Assembly (NCBI GenBank): GCA_027624955.1
Contig: JAQBTG010000002.1
Span: 24,694 to 88,693, forward strand
DNA: 64,000 bases
Direction: 5' to 3'
DNA from: Pseudomonadota bacterium
Lineage (GTDB): Bacteria > Pseudomonadota > Alphaproteobacteria > UBA828
A program made the position numbers and the translations under genes. The notes below the pieces were generated by a model. It saw only the letters and a list, made by a program, of their open reading frames with translations. It had not been told where the DNA came from and did no database searches. Position 1 is the stretch's first letter, and every line of letters begins with the position of its first letter. Shown piece by piece: positions 9,411 to 18,168 of this stretch.

Positions 9411-9656
9411 GTGGTCGGACCAACGTGGTGGCAACGGCAACGGCCCCTGGGGAATTTCCCAGTTGGGTCACGCCGTGGTGAGGGCGGTCGCGGCTCCGGC
9501 GGCGGTGGCCGACGACCAAATGGCGGTGGCGGACCGCAACCGCCTGACTTAGAAGAGGTGTTGCGACGCGGTCAAGACAAGGCGCGGCGCTGGATGCCCT
9601 CTATTCGGGGGCCGCGCGGCGTCATTATCTTAATTCTTGTCGCCATTCTATCGGAC
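9411..9656 (+). pseudogene. hflK: Truncated 5' fragment of hflK (about the first 82 codons: Gly-rich N-terminus, PPDLEE(V/L)LRRGQD motif, start of the TM helix), then non-homologous sequence and a stop.
   Basis: The translation ...GGGGRRPNGGGGPQPPDLEEVLRRGQDKARRWMPSIRGPRGVIILILVAIL resembles the HflK N-terminal region. The SPFH/band-7 domain that should follow is absent, and the ORF ends at 9722 after an unrelated tail. Confidence 0.6.
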
Positions 9657-9784
9657 GATTGCGAGGTAAATCGATTCCAATACCAGAGTCAATTTAGCGA
9701 TTATTTGGAAAAGAACTGCTGAGCGGGAGCGTGCGGCTCGGTGCGCCGTCGCGGCCGAGGAGATGCCCAGGGGGGCTAGATTCG

Positions 9785-11506
9785 ATGGATATTCCAGAGA
9801 CCCATCTTGACGAACTGCTCTTTGCCCTAGTGATCATCCTGGGGGCCAGCGCGGGCGCCATGGCTATCGCGAAGCGCTTCCGCTTAAGCCCTGTGATTGG
9901 ATTGTTCGCGACGGGGTTCGTTGTCGGGCCGTCGGTCCTGGGCATTACCCAAAACGTGAGCCAGCTTCGCGAGATTGCCGAGTTCGGCGTGGTGTTGCTT
10001 CTGTTCGTGGTCGGACTTGAGATGGCTCCGCGCAAATTGTGGGCGATGCGCACCCGGGTTTTCGGGTTGGGCTCGCTTCAAGTGGCGGTAAGCGGCGCGC
10101 TCCTGTTCGGCTTTCTCGTCGCCACCGCGCTGCCGTGGAACGTGGCGCTAGTCGTTGGCCTGGCGCTCGCACTGTCGTCTACAGCATTCGTCGCGCAGAT
10201 TCTTTCCGAGCGGGCCGAGCTGAACACCGAGACGGGGCGGACTAGCATTTCGATCCTCATCTTACAGGATATGGCGGTCGTTCCCTTGCTGGCGATGGTT
10301 CCGCTCATTTCGGAGGGCGCGCCGCAGATCGCGGGCGAGCCAATCTGGCTGCGCGCGTTGATGATCATCGGCGTCATAGCCATCGTGCTGCTGATCGGGC
10401 GCTTCGTCTTGCCGGTCTTGCTCACTTGGACGGCGAAGCGGCGCTTCATGGACGTGTTCGCCGTGCTCTCAATGCTTGCGATGTTAGCCAGCGCCTGGGC
10501 GATGGAGTTCACGGGGTTGTCCATGGCGCTCGGCGCCTTTCTCATCGGGGTGACGCTGTCGGTGTCGGATTATCGCCATCAGGTCGAGGCGGCGGTGTTG
10601 CCCTACAAGGGACTACTGCTTGGGCTGTTTTTTCTCTCGGTCGGCATGTCGATCGACATCGCGGTGATAAAGCAGGAGTGGGTGCGGGTGATCTTCAGCG
10701 TACTCGCTGTCATCGGAATCAAGATCGCGGTCCTAATCGTGCTATGCGCTGCATTTCGGGTCTCGCGTCGGGCGACGATCCGCACAGCGTTCCTGCTCTC
10801 GCAAAGCGGCGAGTTTGGTTTCGTGCTACTGGGTTCTGCGCTGGCGAGCGGCCTCGTGGGCGAGGACCAGTTCGCCTTCGCCCTTGTCGTGATTTCTGTG
10901 TCGATGGCGGCGACGCCGGTTTTCGTCAAGCTCGGCAACGCGCTTGCCGACTTACTAGAAAGAGCGGGGCGCACATCTGCCCACTCCACGGCGGCCGACT
11001 GGGGCGAGGAAAAATACGTCGTGGTGACGGGAATTGGCAGGGTGGGGCGGATCGTTTGCGATATGCTCAAGGCTTCTGACATCCCCTACATCGCCTTCGA
11101 TGTCGACATTGAGAAGGTGGTGCGGGAACGGAAGTTGGGCCACCATGTCCGCTTCGGTGACGTCAGCGACCCGCACGTACTGACCTCGGGAGAACTCGCT
11201 CGGGCTGCGGCGGCGGTAGTGACGCTGAACGACAAGCGAGCCTGCGAAAAGGTGGTTAGTGCGCTGCGCAATTTCTATCCAGAAATGCCTGTACATGTGC
11301 GCGTCTATAATTTCGAGGACCGAGACGCGATGCTGGAGCGCGGGGTCGTTTCGGCGATTCCCGAAACCGTGGAAGCGAGCCTCGAGCTCGGCGCGGACCT
11401 TCTGCAGCACCTCGGCATATCCGACTCTGAGGTCCAGGACTTGCTCGGTATATTACGCGCAGATGGCTACGCACGGATCCGTAGCGGCGAGGAGAGGGGG
11501 GGCTGA
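9785..11506 (+). CDS. Monovalent cation:proton antiporter-2 (CPA2) family K+/H+ antiporter with a C-terminal RCK/TrkA-N domain (KefB/KefC-like). The track ORF begins at 9731; the Met at 9785 (MDIPETHL...) is more likely.
   Basis: A ~12-TM Na+/H+-exchanger-type membrane domain is followed by VVTGIGRVGRIVCDMLK, the Rossmann GxGxxG of the RCK domain. Total length is about 573 aa. Confidence 0.85.
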   Translation: MDIPETHLDELLFALVIILGASAGAMAIAKRFRLSPVIGLFATGFVVGPSVLGITQNVSQLREIAEFGVVLLLFVVGLEMAPRKLWAMRTRVFGLGSLQVAVSGALLFGFLVATALPWNVALVVGLALALSSTAFVAQILSERAELNTETGRTSISILILQDMAVVPLLAMVPLISEGAPQIAGEPIWLRALMIIGVIAIVLLIGRFVLPVLLTWTAKRRFMDVFAVLSMLAMLASAWAMEFTGLSMALGAFLIGVTLSVSDYRHQVEAAVLPYKGLLLGLFFLSVGMSIDIAVIKQEWVRVIFSVLAVIGIKIAVLIVLCAAFRVSRRATIRTAFLLSQSGEFGFVLLGSALASGLVGEDQFAFALVVISVSMAATPVFVKLGNALADLLERAGRTSAHSTAADWGEEKYVVVTGIGRVGRIVCDMLKASDIPYIAFDVDIEKVVRERKLGHHVRFGDVSDPHVLTSGELARAAAAVVTLNDKRACEKVVSALRNFYPEMPVHVRVYNFEDRDAMLERGVVSAIPETVEASLELGADLLQHLGISDSEVQDLLGILRADGYARIRSGEERGG

Positions 11507-11940
11507 CGGTATGCGGTGGAACGTCACTCAAATTTGCGGCGGCGGTCGCACCCCAGGGCGCATCCCAGGGCAGCTTGACTGTTTGACCGGTATCGTTAGA
11601 TCGGCTCCTGGTACATCGGAACGACAATTTCCGAGACCATGCGCGGTAGCTCTATGCACCTGCGGGGGTTGTCAGACAAACTGATCTGGCGGATCTCGGC
11701 AGCAAACATCGGATCGTGCCGGCTCCACCAGAACCGCACCGTCTGGTGGCAAATGTCTATCCCACGCTCGAACGGCGGATCCTCAACCTGCCGCTACGAC
11801 AGCGGATAGCTGATGTACATCGTGACCGCGAGGCGGATCACCTTGGGTGAGCTGTCGAAATAGCGGAACGGATTTGCCGTCCGCCCGGGCTATGCGTCGC
11901 CCACGCCGCCATCAAGCCGGTTTGGTCCGACAGAGCCCAT

Positions 11941-11998
11941 AGAAGGCCACCTGATCTCGGAGGCCGCTGCATTGAAAACGTTGCTGTGGCTTCTGCCG
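11941..11998. repeat. Copy B of the ~58-bp direct repeat (see 6415-6472). It overlaps the annotated GTG start of the fused oxoprolinase-like ORF.
   Basis: The sequence agaaggccacctgatctcggaggccgctgcattgaaaacgttgctgtggcttctg aligns with copy A. Confidence 0.7.
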
Positions 11999-14900
11999 CT
12001 GCCGGCACTTATATTGTGGTCGCTGTCAGCCATTTTGTGGCCTATTTGGGCAACGGCAATTTCGGAGTGTTACGACGTGGGCGAACGAACGGTGATGTTG
12101 CTGTGATTCTCGGCGTAGACGTTGGCGGCACCTTCACCGACCTGCTGCTTGCCGATCCCAAGACCGGGCGCTTCGAGATTGCCAAGGTGCCCTCTACGCC
12201 AGCCGATCAGTCGGACGGGTTCATGGCCGGCATCCAGGCGCTCGGCGCCGATCCGAGCACACTCGATTCAATCATTCACGGCACGACCGTGGGCACCAAT
12301 GCGGTGCTTGAACGGAAGGGCGTGCGCTGCGGGCTGATCACCACGCGCGGCTTTCGCGACACGCTGGAGCTTGGCCGGCGCACGCGGCCCAACCCTTGGG
12401 GCATGACCGGCCATTTCGAGCCGCTCGTGCCGCGCGACCGCCGGATTGAGGTGAGCGAGCGCATCGACGCCTCGGGCCGCGTGGTGACAGTGCTCGCAGA
12501 AGACGAGGTGCGCGAAGCCGTGGAGACGCTGCGCGAAGCCGGCGCGGAAGCGCTCATCATCCATTTCATTCACTCCTACCTCAATCAGGACCACGAGCGC
12601 CGCGCCGGTGAAATCGCGCGCGAAACCTGGACCAACGGGCATATCACGCTGGGCTCTGAGGTCTTGCGCGAAGTACGCGAGTTCGAGCGCGGCAGCACGG
12701 CGGCGCTCAACGGCTATATCCAGCCCATCATGACGCGCTATCTCGGCCATCTCCAACAGCGTCTGCGCGATGCCGCGTTTGGCCATGAATTGCTCGTGAT
12801 GCAGGGCAATGGCGGCATGATGAGCGCTGCGACCGCTGGTGAAAAAGCGGTTCATACCGTGATGTCGGGTCCGGCCGCGGGTGCAATTGCCGCGGCGCAT
12901 CTCGGCAGCGCCGCGGGCTTTCCGAACGTGATCAGCTGCGACATGGGTGGCACCAGCTTCGACATCGCCATCGTAAAAAACGGCGTGCCAACGACCACGA
13001 CCGAGAAGGACATCAGCTACGGCATGCCGCTCCGCGTGCCGATGGTCGATATCCAGACCATCGGGGCAGGCGGCGGCAGCATTGCCCGCGTTGATACCGG
13101 CGGCATCCTTCGCGTCGGGCCGGAAAGCGCGGGCGCGACACCCGGCCCGATCTGCTACGGGCGGGGCGGCACCGAGCCCACCGTGACCGATGCCAACCTC
13201 CTGCTCGGGCGGATCGACCCGGATACGATCGCGGGCCTCAATACCGGCCTTGGCGCAGACGCGGTGCGGCGTGCCATTGCCGAGAAGATCGGCAAACCGC
13301 TGGGGCTCGACGCCACCGAGGCGGCAGCGGCGATCATCCGCGTGGTCGATCATCAGATGGCGGGTGCGGCCAGGCTGGTCTCGGTCGACAAGGGAAACGA
13401 CCCACGAGAGTTCGCGCTGTTCGCATTCGGTGGCGCGGGTCCGATGCACGCGACGGCGATCGCGCGCGAGCTCGGCGTGCCGCATGTGGTGGTGCCGCGC
13501 TATCCCGGCATCACCTCGGCGCTCGGCTGTGTGCTCGCCGATGTCCGCCATGATTTCGTGCAGACCCTGCACACACCGCTCGAAGACGTGGATGTTGACG
13601 AGGCGGACCGCATTCTTGCCGACCAAGCTCACGAAGGGCGCGAGGTATTGGCGCGCGAGGGCGTGGCGGTCACGGCGGTCGAGGTCAGCCACGAGGCCGA
13701 TCTCTTCTATCGCGGCCAAAGCCATATGTTCCGCGTCGCGGTTGAGAGCCCGGGCTTCTCACTGGATGCAACGCGCGAGCGCTTCGCCGATCTCTACCGC
13801 GAGCGCTTCGATATTCTTTTGCCTGAGATGCAGCCGATCCTGGTGAGCCTCCGGACCACGATTCGCGGCGTCCGCACCTCGCCCGAGCTCACCTTCACGC
13901 CGAGCGCTGCTAAGAACGATCTGGCGGCCGCGCGAATCTCAACCCGCCCGGTCTTTTTCGATGGCGCTTGGCACGAGACGCCGATCTATGAACGCGAGCG
14001 CCTGCCGGCGGAAGCTGAGATCACCGGCCCCGCCGTTATCCAGCAGCTCGATACCACCATCCTCATTGAGCCGGGTTCGACCACGCGCATCGACCGCGCG
14101 GGCAACCTGATCGTCGAGGTGCCGCAAGCCGCCGCACAGAAGATCGCTGGGGCGCTAGATGCCGTGACCCTCGCGGTTATTCAAAGCGGTCTCGAACAAG
14201 TTGCGAGCGAGATGGACCTGGTTCACCAGCGCACCTCGTTCTCGCCGGTGATCTCCGAGGCCTACGACCGATCGAACGGGATTTACGACGCCGTAACCGG
14301 CGACATCATTGCCCAGGGCGAACTTGGGCTGCCGATCTTCCTTGGCGTCATGCAATCGACGACACAAGCCGTGATCGCCGAGCGCAAGGATTTGGAGCCC
14401 GGTGACATCATCCTGATCAACGATCCGTATAAGGGCGGCACGCATCTGATGGACGTCAAGATGGTGCGCCCTTTCTACTATAAAGGCAGGCACTGGGCGT
14501 ATCTCTCCAACACGGGGCATTGGCCCGACACTGGCGGCATGGTGCCGGGCGGCTTCTCCTCCGAGGCCACTGAGATCCAGCAGGAAGGCCTGCGTCTGCC
14601 CCCGGTAAAACTTTATCGGCGCGGCGTGATCGACCAGGACATCTTGCAAATCGTGCTGGCAAACATCCGCGTGCCAGACGAACGTGTCGGCGACATCCGC
14701 GCCCAGGTGGGCGCTCTTTCGGTCGGCGAAAAACGGCTTACGGCACTGCTCGACAAATACGGCGAAGCTACAGTCAGCGCAGCCATCGAGGCGCTCAAGG
14801 ACCGCTCCGAACAGCGCATGCGCGCGCATATCGAGACCATCCCCGACGGCGCATATGTTTTTTCCAGTTATATGGACAGCGACGGTGTCGATGACGCGCC

Positions 14901-15840
14901 GCTTGAAGTGCGCGTCAACACGACCGTCAAAGGCAGCGACATCCACGTCGATTTCTCGGGCTCCAGCCCGCCTTGCCGCGGGCCTGTCAACTCGGTTTGG
15001 GCGACCACGCTGGCCTCGGTCTATTGCGCGGTTAAGCACATCTTCCCCGACGTGCCGATCAACGCCGGCTGCTTCCGGCCGATCGCCGTCACCCCACCGC
15101 ATGACACGTTTCTCTATGCGACCTATCCGCGCCCGGTTTCGGGCTGCGCCGCCGAGACCGCACAGCGCATCATGGAAGCCGTGTTCGGCGCCTTGGGCCA
15201 GGCAATCCCGGAACGCATGTTCGCCGCACCCGCCGGTACCAGCGGCAATTTCAGCTTGGGCGGCGAAGACCCCGACGAAGGGCGCCGCTACGTCATGTAC
15301 ATCTTCTCGGGCGGCGGCTACGGCGGCTGGTGGGAGACCGACGGCCTGACCAACGGCTGCTCCTCTGTCGGCATCTCCAAAACCCAGCCGGCCGAGATAT
15401 TGGAGCAGCATTACCCGATCCTGTTCGAGGAATATGCGCTCCGCGAAGGCTCGGGCGGCGCCGGGCGGCATCGCGGCGGCTTCGGCGTCAACTACCGGGT
15501 CCGCCTGTTGCGGGGCGAGGCGAAAGCCTCGTTTATGATGGATCATGGGCGCATCGGTCCGCCCGGCTTGGGTGGCGGCCTGGCGGGTGCGGTGAACGAA
15601 ATAGAGATCACGCGCGGCGGTAATACCGAGCGGCCACCGCATCTCTCCAAGGGTGAGGGCTATGCGCTTCGTCCCGGCGACGTGGTGCAGGTACGCACAC
15701 CGGGCGGCGGCGGTTACGGCGATCCGCACGCCAGGCAACGTTCGAGGGTGGTTGAGGATCTTCGCCGGAATTACCTTAGCGCCGAGGATGCGGTGCGCGA
15801 CTACGCCTTCGATCTCACTGCAGACGAAGCCGCCGAGTAA
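11986..15840 (+). CDS. Fused hydantoinase A + hydantoinase B protein (5-oxoprolinase OplA-like, ATP-hydrolysing). The true start may be the GTG near 12103, just before VILGVDVGGTFTD.
   Basis: A 1284-aa ORF. The N-terminal half has the HyuA DVGGTFTD motif. The C-terminal half from about aa 730 is HyuB-like (AVTLAVIQSGLEQVASEMDLV...). The only in-frame ATG/GTG upstream of the motif is the GTG at 11986. Confidence 0.85.
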   Translation: MASAAAGTYIVVAVSHFVAYLGNGNFGVLRRGRTNGDVAVILGVDVGGTFTDLLLADPKTGRFEIAKVPSTPADQSDGFMAGIQALGADPSTLDSIIHGTTVGTNAVLERKGVRCGLITTRGFRDTLELGRRTRPNPWGMTGHFEPLVPRDRRIEVSERIDASGRVVTVLAEDEVREAVETLREAGAEALIIHFIHSYLNQDHERRAGEIARETWTNGHITLGSEVLREVREFERGSTAALNGYIQPIMTRYLGHLQQRLRDAAFGHELLVMQGNGGMMSAATAGEKAVHTVMSGPAAGAIAAAHLGSAAGFPNVISCDMGGTSFDIAIVKNGVPTTTTEKDISYGMPLRVPMVDIQTIGAGGGSIARVDTGGILRVGPESAGATPGPICYGRGGTEPTVTDANLLLGRIDPDTIAGLNTGLGADAVRRAIAEKIGKPLGLDATEAAAAIIRVVDHQMAGAARLVSVDKGNDPREFALFAFGGAGPMHATAIARELGVPHVVVPRYPGITSALGCVLADVRHDFVQTLHTPLEDVDVDEADRILADQAHEGREVLAREGVAVTAVEVSHEADLFYRGQSHMFRVAVESPGFSLDATRERFADLYRERFDILLPEMQPILVSLRTTIRGVRTSPELTFTPSAAKNDLAAARISTRPVFFDGAWHETPIYERERLPAEAEITGPAVIQQLDTTILIEPGSTTRIDRAGNLIVEVPQAAAQKIAGALDAVTLAVIQSGLEQVASEMDLVHQRTSFSPVISEAYDRSNGIYDAVTGDIIAQGELGLPIFLGVMQSTTQAVIAERKDLEPGDIILINDPYKGGTHLMDVKMVRPFYYKGRHWAYLSNTGHWPDTGGMVPGGFSSEATEIQQEGLRLPPVKLYRRGVIDQDILQIVLANIRVPDERVGDIRAQVGALSVGEKRLTALLDKYGEATVSAAIEALKDRSEQRMRAHIETIPDGAYVFSSYMDSDGVDDAPLEVRVNTTVKGSDIHVDFSGSSPPCRGPVNSVWATTLASVYCAVKHIFPDVPINAGCFRPIAVTPPHDTFLYATYPRPVSGCAAETAQRIMEAVFGALGQAIPERMFAAPAGTSGNFSLGGEDPDEGRRYVMYIFSGGGYGGWWETDGLTNGCSSVGISKTQPAEILEQHYPILFEEYALREGSGGAGRHRGGFGVNYRVRLLRGEAKASFMMDHGRIGPPGLGGGLAGAVNEIEITRGGNTERPPHLSKGEGYALRPGDVVQVRTPGGGGYGDPHARQRSRVVEDLRRNYLSAEDAVRDYAFDLTADEAAE

Positions 15841-15899
15841 GCCGCCGAGTAAGCCCGCGACAAAGCCGCTGAATGAGCGCCTGATAAGGATATCGAAAC

Positions 15900-17237
15900 A
15901 TGACAAATTATCCCGACACCGGCTCACGCTCCGCCGCGCTCTTTAAGCGTGCGCAAGCAGTGCTGCCCGGCGGCAACTCGCGGCAAAGCGTCTATCGTGC
16001 GCCGTACCCGATCTACATCCAATCGGCCAAAGGCGCGGTGTTGACCGATGTCGACGGCATCGAGCGCACGGATTTTCTCAACAACTTCACCTCACTCATT
16101 CACGGCCATGCACATCCGGACGTGATTGCGGCGGCGGCGGCGCAGCTTCCGCTCGGCACCTGTTATGCCGGCCCGACCGAGGCGGAGATCATGCTGGCGG
16201 AGCTGATTTGCGAGCGCTTGCCTTCAGCCGAGCGCGTGCGCTTCGCGAATTCCGGCACCGAGGCGGTGATGATGACTATCAAGGCGGCGCGTGCGCATAC
16301 GGGCCGGTCGAAGATCGCGAAATGTGAAGGCGCCTATCACGGTACCTATGATTATGCCGAAGTGAGCGAAGGCGTCGGGCCGGACGTATGGTCAGCGAGC
16401 GACCCAACTGCCATCGCCACCTCGCGCGGCACGCCAGCCGGCGTGCTCAGCGATGTCGTCGTGATGCCGTTCAATGATCCGGTCGCGGCCGAACGTATCC
16501 TGACACCGGAAGCTGGCAACCTCGCGGCCATTATCATCGACCCGTTGCCCAACCGTTGCGGCTTGACACCCGCCAACCAAGTATTCCTAAAATTTCTTCG
16601 TGATTTCGCTGACCGCCACGGCATCGTCCTCATCTACGATGAAGTCATCAGCTTCCGCATTGGCTTCAATGGTGCGCAGGGCGTGTTTGGCGTGTTGCCT
16701 GACCTCACGGCGCTCGGCAAGATTGTCGGCGGCGGCTTTCCCGTCGGCGCTATCGCCGGGCGGGAAGAAGTCATGTCGGTGTTTGATCCACGGGCGAGTG
16801 CGGTCGCGCTGCCCCATGCCGGTACGTTCAACGCCAATCCAGTTACGATGGTGGCAGGGCTGACGACGATGCGCCTCCTAGACGAGAAGCGCCTGGCCGA
16901 ATTGAACGCCTTGGGTGAGAAGGCGCGTGTTGCCTTCCGCGCCGCGATGGCCGATGCGGGAGTCGCCGGGCAAGTCACCGGCGCTGGCTCGCTGTTTCGG
17001 CTTTATCTCAACGACCGCCCGATCAGCGATTACCGCTCGGCCTATGTCGATGCCGACGAAAAGGCGCGCATGGCGCGGCTCAACCGCTATTTCCTCAATC
17101 ACGGTTTCATGATGGCGCCCTACGGCATGGGCAATTTGTCTACCGCGCTCGTCGAGGCCGATATCACCCGTTTCGCCGATGTTTTGCGGGACGGATTGCG
17201 CGATCAATTGCGCAATGCCGAAGACGAAGCTGCCTAA
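15900..17237 (+). CDS. Class III pyridoxal-phosphate-dependent aminotransferase (GSA-aminomutase / omega- or beta-amino-acid transaminase-like).
   Basis: A 445-aa ORF with the class-III AT fold and HemL-like layout. It has the YDEVISFR segment; the Schiff-base lysine lies in LGKIVGGGFP. Confidence 0.8.
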   Translation: MTNYPDTGSRSAALFKRAQAVLPGGNSRQSVYRAPYPIYIQSAKGAVLTDVDGIERTDFLNNFTSLIHGHAHPDVIAAAAAQLPLGTCYAGPTEAEIMLAELICERLPSAERVRFANSGTEAVMMTIKAARAHTGRSKIAKCEGAYHGTYDYAEVSEGVGPDVWSASDPTAIATSRGTPAGVLSDVVVMPFNDPVAAERILTPEAGNLAAIIIDPLPNRCGLTPANQVFLKFLRDFADRHGIVLIYDEVISFRIGFNGAQGVFGVLPDLTALGKIVGGGFPVGAIAGREEVMSVFDPRASAVALPHAGTFNANPVTMVAGLTTMRLLDEKRLAELNALGEKARVAFRAAMADAGVAGQVTGAGSLFRLYLNDRPISDYRSAYVDADEKARMARLNRYFLNHGFMMAPYGMGNLSTALVEADITRFADVLRDGLRDQLRNAEDEAA

Positions 17238-17266
17238 CCTAATCCCGGTTTAAGGAGTATTTTCTT

Positions 17267-18160
17267 ATGGCGCGAAAAGTCATCATCACCTGCGCGGTCA
17301 CCGGCTCTGCCGATACCGTCGGCAAGAACCCAGCCGTACCGGTCACACCGCAGCAGATCGCCGATTCGGCGATAGAGGCGGCGAAGGCGGGGGCTGCGAT
17401 CGTGCATGTCCATGTGCGCGACCCCGAAACCGGCCAGGCCAGTATGGCGCCTGAGCTTTACGAGGCAACGGCGGGCCGCATCCGGGAGAGCAACACCGAC
17501 GTGGTGCTGAATCTGACCACCGGTTATGGCGGTCGCATCAGCCTCGGGCTCGATAATCCACTCGAATTCGGGCCCGGCACGACCATGACTTCGCCGGCGC
17601 GGCGGATCGAGCATGTCTTGGCGCTCAAGCCGGAAATTTGCAGCCTGGATGTCGCGACCATGAATTCCGGCGGCATCCGCGACGAGAGCGTGATGATCAA
17701 CTCGCCGCCGCATCTGCGCTACATGGCCCAGGCGATGCGCGAGAACGGCGTGGTACCGGAGCTCGAAGTGTTCGATGTCGGACATGTGCGCCTCGCCCGG
17801 CATATGCTCGAAGCTGACCAGATTGCGCGCCCCGGCTTCTTCCAGCTTTGCCTCGGAATCCAATGGGGCGCGCCTGCGACGCCTGCCGCGCTTAACTATC
17901 TGTTGACCCTGTTGCCCGAGGGCGCGCATTGGGCGGCGTTTGGCATTTCGCGCGATCAATTGCCGCTGGCTGGCCTTTCCATTCTGAGCGGCGGCCATGT
18001 GCGCACGGGGCTTGAGGACAATCTCTATCTGCGCCAGGGCGAACTTGCGCCGTCTAACGCGGCGTTGGTCGAGCAGGCTGTCACGTTGATCGAGATGTTC
18101 GGCTGCGAAGCCGCAACGCCGGCCGAGGCGCGGGATATTCTCAACCTCCGCAAGCCCTGA
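17267..18160 (+). CDS. BKACE family enzyme (3-keto-5-aminohexanoate cleavage enzyme-like, DUF849), a beta-keto acid cleavage enzyme.
   Basis: A 297-aa ORF with an AAGGAG RBS. The N-terminus VIITCAVTGS...VPVTPQQIADSAIEAAKAGAAIVHVHVRD is typical of Kce/BKACE TIM-barrel proteins. Confidence 0.8.
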   Translation: MARKVIITCAVTGSADTVGKNPAVPVTPQQIADSAIEAAKAGAAIVHVHVRDPETGQASMAPELYEATAGRIRESNTDVVLNLTTGYGGRISLGLDNPLEFGPGTTMTSPARRIEHVLALKPEICSLDVATMNSGGIRDESVMINSPPHLRYMAQAMRENGVVPELEVFDVGHVRLARHMLEADQIARPGFFQLCLGIQWGAPATPAALNYLLTLLPEGAHWAAFGISRDQLPLAGLSILSGGHVRTGLEDNLYLRQGELAPSNAALVEQAVTLIEMFGCEAATPAEARDILNLRKP

Positions 18161-18168
18161 TCCAGCCG

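Noticed and set aside
11507-11985. Possible transposase or integrase remnant in the 480-bp gene-free stretch after the kef gene. A plus-frame read gives ...RIVPAPPEPHRLVANVYPTLERRILNLPLRQRIADVHRDREADHLG*.
   Set aside because: No recognisable DDE, tyrosine-recombinase or HTH motif is present and there are no terminal inverted repeats. It is retained only as 'possible decayed coding sequence' within the repeat-bracketed block.
12268-15927. Long antisense ORFs inside the fused oxoprolinase gene (12268-13725, 485 aa; 14155-15927, 590 aa). Similar shadow ORFs include 2170-2967, 3316-4029, 20087-21445, 22079-23089, 37455-38261, 39158-39910 and 54236-55387.
   Set aside because: They are high-GC shadow ORFs opposite strongly supported genes. 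Their compositions are Arg/Ala/Gly-rich, they lack RBSs, and they have no recognisable domains.
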